Positions 18,649 through 28,085 of a DNA stretch of 64,000 nt are shown here, in pieces. How positions within the stretch are numbered: position 1 is the first letter of the stretch; each line of letters starts with the position of its first letter. The notes beneath the pieces were generated by a model. That model saw only the letters and a list, made by a program, of their open reading frames with translations, was not told the DNA's origin and ran no database searches. A program made the translations under genes and the position numbers. Source of the DNA: Candidatus Puniceispirillaceae bacterium (GTDB lineage Bacteria > Pseudomonadota > Alphaproteobacteria > Puniceispirillales > Puniceispirillaceae); the NCBI GenBank assembly GCA_049623505.1, contig JBMZTC010000012.1, positions 13,008-77,007 of the forward strand. Reading direction: 5' to 3'.

Positions 18649-18849
18649 ATGCTTTCAAATACGGCACGGCTGCTGACAGCCGCTATCGGCACGGCGCTTG
18701 TGATGGTCTTTGTCTTTGGCCTTGCGCATAGCATTTCCACCGGCTTTGCCGGCTTCTGGGGTGGGCTTCCCTTCTGGGTCATCGCCTTTACCGTGATGTT
18801 CATGGCGGCGTATGATTTCTGGGACGAGGCCGTCCGCAAGAAGGATTAG
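18649..18849 (+). CDS. Small 2-TM hypothetical membrane protein
   Basis: RBS AGGAGG; 66 aa, two hydrophobic helices, basic tail. Confidence 0.75.
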   Translation: MLSNTARLLTAAIGTALVMVFVFGLAHSISTGFAGFWGGLPFWVIAFTVMFMAAYDFWDEAVRKKD

Positions 18850-19262
18850 GGGCGCGCGGACGGCGAGGGGGAGTCACCCCCGCTGAGGGCGTTCAGGATC
18901 GGGCAGTCGGGGCGGTGGTCGCCATCGCAGGCCGAGGCTAGGCCCGACAATTCATCTTTCAGTGACTGCAGCTCGGCAAGCCGCCGGTCAATTTCGTCGA
19001 TCTTCTTCAGCGTCAGCGCCTTGACCTCGCGGCTTGGGCGGTTGCGGTCCTCATACAGCCCCAGCAATTCGCGACATTCCTCGACCGAGAAATCGAACTT
19101 GCGGGCCTTGCCGACAAATTGCAGCTTCGCCACATCATCGGCGCCATAGTCACGATAGCCTGTCGTCGCGTCCTGGCGCGGTGTCACCATGCCGATATTC
19201 GCGTAATAGCGCACCGTCTTCACCGTCAGGCCGGCGCGCCGCGCCGCTTCGCCAATCTGCAT
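18846..19262 (-). CDS. cueR: Cu(I)-responsive MerR-family regulator
   Basis: KTVRYY HTH, GYRDY, metal loop CDGDHRPDCPIL. Confidence 0.93.
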   Translation of the reverse strand: MQIGEAARRAGLTVKTVRYYANIGMVTPRQDATTGYRDYGADDVAKLQFVGKARKFDFSVEECRELLGLYEDRNRPSREVKALTLKKIDEIDRRLAELQSLKDELSGLASACDGDHRPDCPILNALSGGDSPSPSARP

Positions 19263-19304
19263 GTCCGGTCTCCTGTCTGTCTGCTGATTCTTGGGCGATG
19301 GCCC

Positions 19305-19335
19305 TTTACCTTCCCCCAGGGGGAAGGCTTACATA
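19305..19335 (+). promoter_or_regulatory. CueR-type promoter and operator with 19-bp spacer
   Basis: -35 TTTACC, dyad CCTTCCCCC-A-GGGGGAAGG, -10 TACATA 19 bp later; closely parallels the E. coli copA promoter layout. Confidence 0.85.
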
Positions 19336-19355
19336 GGGTGCAGATGGAGGTCAAG

Positions 19356-19802
19356 ATGGCGGCAATCACATCGACATTGGGGATCAGCTGGCGCTGTCGC
19401 CACACCTGGCGGCGGGCGTCCTGGAACACGTCATGGTGTCTGCTGGGGTGCGCGATGGGCGATCTCGGCACCATCCTGTTCTTTCAGGTGACCGGCATTC
19501 CCTGGCCGGTCTGGGCGATCATGGCGCTTGCCGTGATGAATGGCCTGCTGACCTCGATTGCGCTGGAAACGGTGATCCTGTCGCGGCAGATGCCGCTTCG
19601 TCTGGCGCTGAAGACGGCGTTTGGCATGTCGTTGATCTCGATGATCGGCATGGAGGTGGCGATGAACGTCACCGATGTGCTGCTGACCGGCGGCGCGGTG
19701 CTGACCTGGTGGGTGGTGCCGATCATGCTGCTGGCCGGGTTTCTGGCGCCGCTTCCCTACAATTACTGGCGCCTGAAGGCGCTTGGCAAGGCGTGCCACT
19801 AA
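19356..19802 (+). CDS. DUF4396-family membrane protein
   Basis: TSWCLLGCAMGD, SMIGMEVAMN, GFLAPLPYNYWRL; RBS GGAGG. Confidence 0.85.
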   Translation: MAAITSTLGISWRCRHTWRRASWNTSWCLLGCAMGDLGTILFFQVTGIPWPVWAIMALAVMNGLLTSIALETVILSRQMPLRLALKTAFGMSLISMIGMEVAMNVTDVLLTGGAVLTWWVVPIMLLAGFLAPLPYNYWRLKALGKACH

Positions 19803-19817
19803 GGGGGCCAACAGACC

Positions 19818-20189
19818 ATGCCGTTCCGTAGCGCCCGATACGCCATCCCTGTCATCGGCTTTTTTCTGTCGATGGCCGCAAAGGCGCATGCGCCGCTGAC
19901 CGCCCTCACACCGGCGGACGGGGCGCGGCTGACGACGCCGCCGGCGGTCATCGAAATACGGTTTCGTGACCCGTTGCGGTTGATCAGGTTTGACCTTGCC
20001 GTTGAAAATGGTAATGGGGGTGCGGCGGACATTCCGCTTGGCGACTCGCATCTGATGGCCGAGGCCGTTGATCATGCCATCGCCCTGCCTGTGCTTGCCG
20101 ATGGTCGCTATACCGCCAAATGGCGCGCGCTGGGAGAGGACGGGCATGTGATCAAGGGCCGCTTTTCCTTCACCATAGCGCCGGAGTGA
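19818..20189 (+). CDS. copC: Periplasmic copper-binding protein CopC
   Basis: Signal peptide then N-terminal His (HAPL), PADGA, DGHVIKGRFSF. Confidence 0.9.
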   Translation: MPFRSARYAIPVIGFFLSMAAKAHAPLTALTPADGARLTTPPAVIEIRFRDPLRLIRFDLAVENGNGGAADIPLGDSHLMAEAVDHAIALPVLADGRYTAKWRALGEDGHVIKGRFSFTIAPE

Positions 20190-20197
20190 TGTGAGTG

Positions 20198-21088
20198 ATG
20201 TTTGAAATCTGGGACATCCTGCGCCCTCTGGCCAAATTCTGTCTGTATCTGGCGATGTTCACGGCCGCCGGCGGGCTGATCTTTGAACTGCTGTTTCGAC
20301 ACCTTGTGGCGGACGCGACGCGACGCCATGTCAGCCGTCTGATCGGCACCGCCGCCTGGACCGGGCTTGTCCTTGTCGGCGCGCGGCTGGCGGTGGCGGC
20401 GGGAAGTCTTGGCGGTGATCTTGCCAGCGCGACGGACCCGGTGCTGCTTGGGCTGGTTCTGAAATCGCCGCTTGGGCTGTCGAGTGTGGTTGCCGGGATC
20501 GGCTTTGCGATGATCACCGTTATCGGCCGGGTCAAGGCCCGTGGTGAACGGGCGGCGCGGGTTGTGGCCGCGGCGACGGTCCTGCTGTCGCTGACGGTTG
20601 TTGGCCATGCCACGACGCTTGGTGCCATCACCGGCGTGCTGTTGGCGTTGCATGTTGCCGGCGTTGCCTTCTGGCTTGGGTCGTTGCTGCCACTGCGCCA
20701 GATGTGCGGCGATGCCGTGAGTGCTGATTCCGCGGCTGTTCTTGCCGAGGTTGCCGGCAGGTTTGGCTGGATCGCCCAGCGCGTGGTCGCCGTTCTCATC
20801 GTTGCCGGGGTCGCCTATGCGGCGATCCTGACAGGATCGATTCTGGCCCTGCTGACAAGCGGCTATGGGCTGGCGCTGCTGGCAAAGATCGGGTTTGGCG
20901 CCGGGCTTCTGGGACTTGCCGCCAGAAACAGGTTCCGGATCGTGCCGGCGCTTCAGGCCGGTGACCTGTCGGCCGCCCTGCGGCTTCGCCAGTCGATCGA
21001 CCGGGAAATCATCTTCGCGCTGGCCATCCTTGTGATGAGCAGCCTTTTGACAAGTTCACTGACCCTACCGATGAAGGCCATGGGATGA
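20198..21088 (+). CDS. copD: Copper transport membrane protein CopD
   Basis: VGHA, LHVAGVAFWLGSL, YGLALLAK, ARNRFRIVP. Confidence 0.9.
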   Translation: MFEIWDILRPLAKFCLYLAMFTAAGGLIFELLFRHLVADATRRHVSRLIGTAAWTGLVLVGARLAVAAGSLGGDLASATDPVLLGLVLKSPLGLSSVVAGIGFAMITVIGRVKARGERAARVVAAATVLLSLTVVGHATTLGAITGVLLALHVAGVAFWLGSLLPLRQMCGDAVSADSAAVLAEVAGRFGWIAQRVVAVLIVAGVAYAAILTGSILALLTSGYGLALLAKIGFGAGLLGLAARNRFRIVPALQAGDLSAALRLRQSIDREIIFALAILVMSSLLTSSLTLPMKAMG

Positions 21089-22470
21089 AACGGCGTAGCT
21101 TTATCAAGGCCGGCATGCAGGCCGGCGTAATGACAGCCATGTTTTCGGCGCTGCCGCTTCCGTCGCTGGCGGCTGGCGTGCGGCGCTATGCCATCACCGC
21201 CGCGCCAGCCGCCCAGCATCTTGGGCCGACGGACCGCCCGGCCACCGATCTGTGGCTCTATGGCGGCACCTCGCCGGGGCCAATGATCGAGGCGCGCCGC
21301 GGCGAAGACCTCGAGATCGAGTTCCTGAACAATCTCGACGTGCCAACGACCATGCATTGGCATGGCATCCGCAATCTGAACGAGATGGATGGCGTTCCCG
21401 ACCTAACGCAGGCCGCGATCGAGCCCGGCGAGCGCTTTACCTACCGGTTCCCCCTGCGCGACGCGGGAAGCTTCTGGTATCACGCTCACAACAAGGGATG
21501 GGAACAGCTTGCACGGGGGTTGTATGGACCGCTGATCGTCCGCGATACTGACGAGCCCCTTGGCCCTCGTGACATCACGCTTGTCGCTGATGATTGGCGC
21601 CTTGACGAGGATTACCAGCTTCATGAGGACAGTTTCGGTTCGCTCATGGACTGGTCGCACCAGGGGCGACTTGGCAATTGGCTGACCGTCAACGGCACCA
21701 CGGATCCCAAAATTCCGGTGGCGAGCGGGCCAGTGCGATTGCGGCTGATCAATGCCGCCAACGCCCGCACACTCGCCTTCCGGTTTGGGAATGGCGCGCC
21801 GATGCGGATTGTGGCGTTGGATGGCGCGCCCTGCGCGGCGTTCGAGGTCCAGTCGGTTCGTCTGGCGCCGGCGCAGCGTGTCGATATCCTGACCACATTT
21901 GATGAGGGGCTGACAGCGCTGGAGGAAGTCAGCACCGGTGACGCCATTGGCGCGGCCCAGTTTGTGGACACGCCGGATGCGGTGACACCCGTTCCCGCAA
22001 TCACCGACCGGGCCTGGTACAAACGTCCCGACACCGCCGGCGCGCGCGTCATCGACATCCACATGCAGGGTGGCGCGATGGGCAATCTTGACGCCGCGCT
22101 TTTTGAGGGTGAGACAGTGCCGCTTCGCCAGCTGGCGCAGGAACATTCCAAATTGTGGGCCTTCAATGGGGTTGTTGGCGGCTATGACCATATGCTCGCC
22201 GATCTGGCTCTCGGCGAGGTGGCGGTCCTGCGGGTCCGCAACGACACGCGCTGGGAACATGGGATGCATCTCCACGGGCATCACTTCTGGGTCAATTCGC
22301 GTGAGTTTGGTGATGTATCGCGGGATGTCCTTCGCGACACCTATCTGATGGCCCCCGGTGAGACCGCCGATCTCATCTTCATTGCCGATAATCCGGGCCT
22401 GTGGCTGTTCCATTGCCATATGATGGAGCATCATGCCGCCGGCATGGGTGGTGTCATCAGCGTCTCCTGA
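21085..22470 (+). CDS. Tat-exported multicopper oxidase
   Basis: RRSFIK leader; HWHG, WYHAH, HGMHLHGH, HCHMMEHHAAGM copper ligands. Confidence 0.95.
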   Translation: MKRRSFIKAGMQAGVMTAMFSALPLPSLAAGVRRYAITAAPAAQHLGPTDRPATDLWLYGGTSPGPMIEARRGEDLEIEFLNNLDVPTTMHWHGIRNLNEMDGVPDLTQAAIEPGERFTYRFPLRDAGSFWYHAHNKGWEQLARGLYGPLIVRDTDEPLGPRDITLVADDWRLDEDYQLHEDSFGSLMDWSHQGRLGNWLTVNGTTDPKIPVASGPVRLRLINAANARTLAFRFGNGAPMRIVALDGAPCAAFEVQSVRLAPAQRVDILTTFDEGLTALEEVSTGDAIGAAQFVDTPDAVTPVPAITDRAWYKRPDTAGARVIDIHMQGGAMGNLDAALFEGETVPLRQLAQEHSKLWAFNGVVGGYDHMLADLALGEVAVLRVRNDTRWEHGMHLHGHHFWVNSREFGDVSRDVLRDTYLMAPGETADLIFIADNPGLWLFHCHMMEHHAAGMGGVISVS

Positions 22471-22491
22471 CGCCGTCGCCGGTGCGGCCTG

Positions 22492-23118
22492 TCAGCGAAG
22501 ACAGCCAAGTGTGACAAGGCAGTTCACTTCAAAGGCGGTACGCTCCAGGATCGGTATGACCCTGTCCTCTGCCTGGCCCATGCCCTCGGGACGCGCCGCG
22601 ACCTGTGCCGCGCCGACCATGATGGTGTAATAGGCCCAGGCCAGGTCCGCGGCACCATCGGCATCGACATAGCCATAATGCAGAAGAAGCGCCTTCAGGC
22701 CGGCAATCTGATCGGCTGTCTCGGCGCGCAGACTTGCCAATGCCGCCTCTGTCAGTTTCGGTTCCAGTGTGGCCGTGAGATGGTTGGTGAGGTGGCACAG
22801 CAGTGGTCGTGCGGCGAATCCGGCGACAAACAGTTTGTTGAAACTGGCGCGGGGCAGGGGGTGTCCGGCCTCAAGCAGTGACCGGTTGAAGCCGCGCAGC
22901 CAATCCTCCAGCAGATGGCGATAAACAGCAAGGAACAGCGCCTCGCGGGTGGAAAAGTAATTGTACAGCGCCGGCTTTGTCAGGTGGCAGGTGTTGGCGA
23001 TATCCTGCATCGAAACGGCGTGAAGGCCTTGTTCGGCAAGTCTTGCCTTCGTCGCCTCGATGATCTCGGCGCGCCGTGCCGCCTTCGCCAGGTCTGATCG
23101 CGCGCGCTGTGCGGTCAT
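22492..23118 (-). CDS. TetR/AcrR-family regulator
   Basis: VSMQDIANTCHLTKPALYNYFSTREALF; RBS GGAG. Confidence 0.92.
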   Translation of the reverse strand: MTAQRARSDLAKAARRAEIIEATKARLAEQGLHAVSMQDIANTCHLTKPALYNYFSTREALFLAVYRHLLEDWLRGFNRSLLEAGHPLPRASFNKLFVAGFAARPLLCHLTNHLTATLEPKLTEAALASLRAETADQIAGLKALLLHYGYVDADGAADLAWAYYTIMVGAAQVAARPEGMGQAEDRVIPILERTAFEVNCLVTLGCLR

Positions 23119-23134
23119 GTCGACACACTCCATA

Positions 23135-23173
23135 AATTACTATTGGTAATTAAATTAAAATACCGTTGGTAAC
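23135..23173. promoter_or_regulatory. Two related dyads upstream of tetR (candidate autoregulatory operators)
   Basis: AATTAC-TATTG-GTAATT (23135-23151) and TACC-GTT-GGTA (23161-23171), sharing TTGGTAA in an AT-rich patch. Confidence 0.6.
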
Positions 23174-23269
23174 TTATATCAGGATTGGTGTGACGTAAAG
23201 CTGTTCTGGACACAGATGGCTGTGCCAAACAGAGTCGGGCGCTGTGTGTGGTAATGATCAGACGGACGG

Positions 23270-23731
23270 TCAGAAAATGGGCTCGCGGTCTTCCTTGACG
23301 CAGCTGTAGCGTTCGACGACCAGCGCGGATTTTTCGTCCGAGGTTTCGGTATACCCCTCAAACACAGCATCACCGCTGGTGCGCGAGATGAACATCTGGC
23401 GATGATGGCCGTCCTCGCTGGTCTCGCAGGCCAGTTTCATTTCCGACATGCGGCATTGCGACGGGCCGAACAGGGTTTCACCGGACGGCATATCCAGCAC
23501 CGAGGCGCGTCTGGCACCGCGAATTTCGATGCGGAGCCGGCGTTCCGCCACCAGCCGAACCTCGGTCTTGAGATCGCTGGCGGTGAACGCAAGAAGGCGC
23601 GAGCGTGTCTCGCCATCGCATTGCAGATAGATTTCCTGCGTTGTCGCCATCGCGTTCGTGGATGGCAGCGCTGTCAGGCCACACAGCAGCGCGGCGGGCA
23701 GCAGAAAGGCAATCCTGACAAAATACTTCAT
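23270..23731 (-). CDS. Hypothetical exported protein (Cys-containing)
   Basis: Signal-peptide-like N-terminus, four Cys in the mature part. Confidence 0.7.
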   Translation of the reverse strand: MKYFVRIAFLLPAALLCGLTALPSTNAMATTQEIYLQCDGETRSRLLAFTASDLKTEVRLVAERRLRIEIRGARRASVLDMPSGETLFGPSQCRMSEMKLACETSEDGHHRQMFISRTSGDAVFEGYTETSDEKSALVVERYSCVKEDREPIF

Positions 23732-24031
23732 TGGCAGAGCAGATCAGTTCCGGTCATCAGCCGGGCGCCAGAGGCCTCCCGGGTCTCACTGACCGAAAAT
23801 CCAACCCCTTCCTTTCTGGTCACGACAAATATTGCGACGGCATTGCAAAGACATGGCAACGGTAAATTCAGCGCTCATGCCTGATCGCTTGATGCTGCAG
23901 TTTTCTGTGCATTTACTTTTACAAGCAACATCTAATACAATGCCGATCAGGCAATTCCGAAGCACAGACAGGCGCAGCCTGATGCATCTGCGGCCTTGTT
24001 TTCTCCAATTAACGTGCGCTACCAATTGGGC

Positions 24032-25063
24032 ATGTCCACCTTCAGTGAAAAGACGCTTGCCGAGCAGGGTTTCGGCGCCTGCTGGACGCGTGAAGTCGCG
24101 CCGCTTGTGGGCCGATATGAAGCGCGCCGCCGCCGCCGCATCATGGTTGCCAGCCTGATCACCGGTGTGGCGGTTGGTCTTGGCGTCGTGGTGGTAATGT
24201 TGCAGCCGCAAATTGCTGCCTCCGGCATCCTCGCGCGGCCATTGAACCAGGCTCTTGTGCTGGCATTGGCGGCGCTGGCGGCGATTGGTGCCTGGGTGAC
24301 GTTGCTGCGTGGTCATGGCGCGTTTGGCGGGGCTGTTCGCGCCGCTGTCGAGATGCATTTTGCCAGCCTGTTCACGGCTGATACCAACATCGCCTTTGGC
24401 GAGGTTGTTCTTCAGGATCTTGTGACTGATGGCATGCTTCATGACCGCGACTATGCGCTGACGGCGAATTACGCCGGCACCTATGGCGATTGCCGCATTC
24501 GGATGATCGAGGCCGCCGCCGACATGGCGTCGGGCCATCGGCATGACCGGGTCGATCTTCTTGTGTTCCGGATCACACTGCCGCCTGAGTTTGACGGTGA
24601 AACCCGTGTCGACAGCCGCGTTGACCGTCTGACATCGGTAATGGATGGCCGGCCGGATCTGGTGCCCTGGCATGTTGATCACGAACCGTTTGACGGTATC
24701 TTTGGTATTGGTACGACCGACATTGGCGGGGCGGAGCGAATCCTTACCAGCGGCTTTGCCGAAATGCTGTTGCAGATACAGGAACGTCTTGCCAGCCCGC
24801 TGGGTCAGAGTGGCGGCGCCCAGCCGCGTCTGGCCATGCAGGCCGCGAACGGAAGTCTTGTGATGGTGATCGAGACACCGGCCCGTGGTCGTATCGACGG
24901 CAAGACGACCCCGGCCGATGCCGAGGCGCGGGCGCGGGAACTGATCGTGCAATTCGCCACCGTGCCGGCGCTTGTCGATGATCTTCATGGCCGGGCGAAC
25001 AACCTGCCCGCCTTTTCGCGATTGCCGATGACGGATGATCCGCAGCCGGTTGTTTCCGTCTGA
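24032..25063 (+). CDS. Hypothetical membrane-anchored protein (DUF3137-like layout)
   Basis: Two N-terminal TM helices then a large soluble domain; family assignment tentative. Confidence 0.7.
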   Translation: MSTFSEKTLAEQGFGACWTREVAPLVGRYEARRRRRIMVASLITGVAVGLGVVVVMLQPQIAASGILARPLNQALVLALAALAAIGAWVTLLRGHGAFGGAVRAAVEMHFASLFTADTNIAFGEVVLQDLVTDGMLHDRDYALTANYAGTYGDCRIRMIEAAADMASGHRHDRVDLLVFRITLPPEFDGETRVDSRVDRLTSVMDGRPDLVPWHVDHEPFDGIFGIGTTDIGGAERILTSGFAEMLLQIQERLASPLGQSGGAQPRLAMQAANGSLVMVIETPARGRIDGKTTPADAEARARELIVQFATVPALVDDLHGRANNLPAFSRLPMTDDPQPVVSV

Positions 25064-25094
25064 CCCCTTCCGTCTAACCATTTCCGTCTAACCC
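25053..25094 (+). repeat. 3 x 14-bp tandem repeat spanning the stop codon of the upstream gene
   Basis: TTTCCGTCTGACCC / CTTCCGTCTAACCA / TTTCCGTCTAACCC. Confidence 0.85.
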
Positions 25095-25111
25095 GTGGGG
25101 AGCAAAGAACA

Positions 25112-25849
25112 ATGAAGCTGTCAGATTTCTCGGTGCTGACCTTTGACTGCTATGGCACTCTGATCGACTGGGAGTCCGGCATGATTGCCGGATTGAAGCC
25201 ATTGACCGACCGCATGGCGGCGCGGGATGGCAGACAGCCGGACCGCAACATCATCCTCGAGGCGCATGCCAGGCAGGAATCAACACATCAGCGCCAGACA
25301 CCGTCAAAGCGCTACAGCGATCTTCTTGCCTGCGTTTACAGGCGACTTGCCGAGGAATGGGGCATTTCGGTCGATTGGGACGAAGCGATGACATATGGCC
25401 GGTCGGTTGAACATTGGCCAGCCTTCGCCGATTCCCCAGCCGCGCTGGCCTATCTGAAACAGCATTTCAAGCTGGTCATTCTGTCAAATGTGGACAATGC
25501 CAGCTTTGCGCACAGCAACGCCAGGCTTGGCGTCGATTTTGATGCCATCTACACGGCCGAGGATGTTGGCAGTTACAAGCCCGATGATGGTAATTTCACC
25601 TACATGATGGCTCAGCTTGACACGCTTGGCGTCGGCAAGGCGGACATCCTCCACACCGCTGAAAGCATGTTTCATGACCATGCGCCGGCCAACCGCCACG
25701 GGCTGGCCAATTGCTGGATTTATCGGCGTCACGCTGACGAGGGTTTTGGGGCCACCATGAATCCCGGCGACATGCCGGTCTGTGATTTCCAGTTCACCAG
25801 CATGGCGGCGATGGTCGAGGCCCATAAGGCCGAACTGGCAGGCACCTAG
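25112..25849 (+). CDS. HAD-superfamily hydrolase, haloacid dehalogenase type II-like
   Basis: FDCYGTLIDWE, ILSNVD, GSYKP, HTAESMFHDH. Confidence 0.92.
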   Translation: MKLSDFSVLTFDCYGTLIDWESGMIAGLKPLTDRMAARDGRQPDRNIILEAHARQESTHQRQTPSKRYSDLLACVYRRLAEEWGISVDWDEAMTYGRSVEHWPAFADSPAALAYLKQHFKLVILSNVDNASFAHSNARLGVDFDAIYTAEDVGSYKPDDGNFTYMMAQLDTLGVGKADILHTAESMFHDHAPANRHGLANCWIYRRHADEGFGATMNPGDMPVCDFQFTSMAAMVEAHKAELAGT

Positions 25850-26136
25850 AGCGCGTCGAGGACCCTGATCTCACGATCGGCGGCGTCGCCAAGCGTGGCC
25901 AGCGCATCTGTATAGGCGTCGCTGTTATAGGCATCGATGGCGGCCTGCGCGCTGGGGAATTCGATCAGCACCGTCCGCGTGGCCGCGTCGCCTTCCAGCA
26001 TCGCCACCGGCATGCCGCGCGACAGGAACGTGCCGCCCCCGGCGGCGATCGCCACGGACGCCTTCTTGGCATAGGCAGCGAGTTGATCTTCATCGTGAAT
26101 GGCCCGGTAGACGGCCAGCCAGTATCCCTTGCTCAT
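25846..26136 (-). CDS. DUF1330-family protein
   Basis: GGTFLSRG, VLIEFPS, YNSDAY; RBS AGGAG. Confidence 0.88.
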   Translation of the reverse strand: MSKGYWLAVYRAIHDEDQLAAYAKKASVAIAAGGGTFLSRGMPVAMLEGDAATRTVLIEFPSAQAAIDAYNSDAYTDALATLGDAADREIRVLDAL

Positions 26137-26414
26137 CTTCATCTCCTGCTGTGCGGATGGTCTGTATCCGGTGGCCTGGTCCTGCAGGCCGGGCCGACAT
26201 TAGAAACCGCCTTTGGCGGGGCGTCAATGCGCGCATGGCCGCCGTCACCCCGACCGTCACCCTCATGCCACCCTCACTGTCACTCTCATTGTCGCTGGCG
26301 CTGACGGCCCGGGTTTGGAGATGCGTCAGAGGACCGGCAGGGTGCTTGGTGGTTGAGCGAGACGGTCATCACCGCTATCGTCGGGGCCTTACCGTATGAC
26401 GCAAGGACCACGCC

Positions 26415-27035
26415 ATGATTCTCTATTCAGCCCCAGCCTCGCCATTTGGCCGCATGGTCAAATTGACCGCCTGGTGTCTTGGCCAGGTCGATGATCTTGA
26501 GGTGCGCGCCACCAATACCGGCGACCCGGATGACGGGATCCGCGAGGTCAATCCGCTTGGCAAGATTCCGGCGCTCGTCGTGGCCGGGCAGGGCGGTGGC
26601 GACGCATCGACACTGTATGACAGCCGGGTGATTGTCGAATATCTGGATTCGCTGGCGGGCGGCGGGCATGTCATCCCGGCAAGCGGGATGGCGCGGTTCG
26701 AGGTGCTGACCCGCATGGCGCGGATGGTCGGGGCACTCGATGCCGCCATCCTGGTGGTCTATGAGGCCCGCTTCCGGCCGGCCGACATGCGGGTCGAGAG
26801 CTTTGTCGACTATCAGCGTGGCAAGATCATCCGCGTGCTGGAAACGGCTGGCAGCCCGGTCTATCAGAATGGCGCGATGCCGGATGCCGGCGAGATCACC
26901 CTTGCCTGCGCGCTGGACTATCTCGATTTCCGGCAACAGGTGAATTGGCGCGACCACGCCCCGCAACTTCAGGACTGGCTTGCCGGCTTTGCGGGTGCGG
27001 TGCCTGGTTATGAAGCGACCATGCCCCGCGATTAG
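26415..27035 (+). CDS. Glutathione S-transferase
   Basis: SPFGRMV, NPLGKIPAL, LYDSRVIVEYL. Confidence 0.92.
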   Translation: MILYSAPASPFGRMVKLTAWCLGQVDDLEVRATNTGDPDDGIREVNPLGKIPALVVAGQGGGDASTLYDSRVIVEYLDSLAGGGHVIPASGMARFEVLTRMARMVGALDAAILVVYEARFRPADMRVESFVDYQRGKIIRVLETAGSPVYQNGAMPDAGEITLACALDYLDFRQQVNWRDHAPQLQDWLAGFAGAVPGYEATMPRD

Positions 27036-27071
27036 GGCTTTGATGGGGCAGGTGATCAGGTTGTGTAGGTC

Positions 27072-28016
27072 TCACGACACCTGCATGATGATGTAGAGCG
27101 CGATGGGCACGGTGATGCTGGCCAGAATGGTGGTGATCAGAATGGCCGAGGCGCTGCGCCCGCTATAGCCGCCATAATGATCTGACAGCACGAACACATT
27201 CGCCGCCACAGGCAGACAGGCCGACAGCAGCGCCGCCTTGATCCAGAGAGGGTCAACCCCCGGCAGCAGCAGAAACAGCGCCGCCACCAATACCGGATGG
27301 ATGATCAGCCGCGCGATGCTGATCGTCGCCAGCTCGCCAATCGCGTTCCGCAGCGGCTGGCCATAGACCGTCGCGCCAAGCGCGAACAGCGCCACCGGCG
27401 CGGCTGAATCCGAAATCATGTCGAGAAGCGAGGCCAGCATCACCGGCGTCGCAACCCCGCTTGCCGCATAGGCCAGCCCCAGCACCGCCGAGATCAGAAG
27501 CGGATTCTTGCTGACGGTGACAATCGCCTTCCACAGGGTTTTGCCAAGCGCCCCGCCGCCCGCCCCGCCATTCGAGGTTGCGAACCAGCCTGTCAGGACA
27601 AGAAGAACGACCGTGTCCATGGCGAGGATCAGCGCCAGCGGCAGCGCCGCCGCATCGCCAAGCGCCAGGATCGCCAGCGGCACGCCGATATAGCCATAAT
27701 TCGGATAGGCGGCGTTGAGCCCGAAAATGCCGCTTTCCAGCCGCGAGAGCGAGAATAGCGGCCGCGCGACAAGCGCTGAGAGAACAAACACCAGCGCGGT
27801 CGCCAGCTCATAGCGCCAGATGAAGCCCCAGTTCAGGAAATCCAGCGCGCTGCCGGCGCCAATCTTGACGAAGACCATCGTCGGCATGGCGATGAAAAAG
27901 GCGTATTTCGCCATCATTCTGGCATCACGCTGGTCGACGAAATCCACCGCCCGGCAGAACATCCCCAGAAAGATCAGGGCAAAAAACGGAATGGTCAGGT
28001 TGAGAACGACGGACAT
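27072..28016 (-). CDS. AEC-family (auxin efflux carrier) transporter
   Basis: YPNYGYIGVPL, KNPLLIS, LFALG, LPVAANVFV. Confidence 0.92.
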   Translation of the reverse strand: MSVVLNLTIPFFALIFLGMFCRAVDFVDQRDARMMAKYAFFIAMPTMVFVKIGAGSALDFLNWGFIWRYELATALVFVLSALVARPLFSLSRLESGIFGLNAAYPNYGYIGVPLAILALGDAAALPLALILAMDTVVLLVLTGWFATSNGGAGGGALGKTLWKAIVTVSKNPLLISAVLGLAYAASGVATPVMLASLLDMISDSAAPVALFALGATVYGQPLRNAIGELATISIARLIIHPVLVAALFLLLPGVDPLWIKAALLSACLPVAANVFVLSDHYGGYSGRSASAILITTILASITVPIALYIIMQVS

Positions 28017-28085
28017 GCTGGACAGCGCGGATTACAGGACGATTGCTACAACGCCTCATATGGCGACGGCGTCGTCCCGTCTGGA

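Noticed and set aside
19119-19355. N-terminal extension of the DUF4396 ORF
   Set aside because: It overlaps cueR antisense and the CueR promoter; GGAGG supports ATG 19356
26151-26399. 82-aa ORF with TPTVT/SLSLSL low complexity
   Set aside because: It arises from degenerate 6- and 12-bp repeats and has no RBS or motif; probably non-coding
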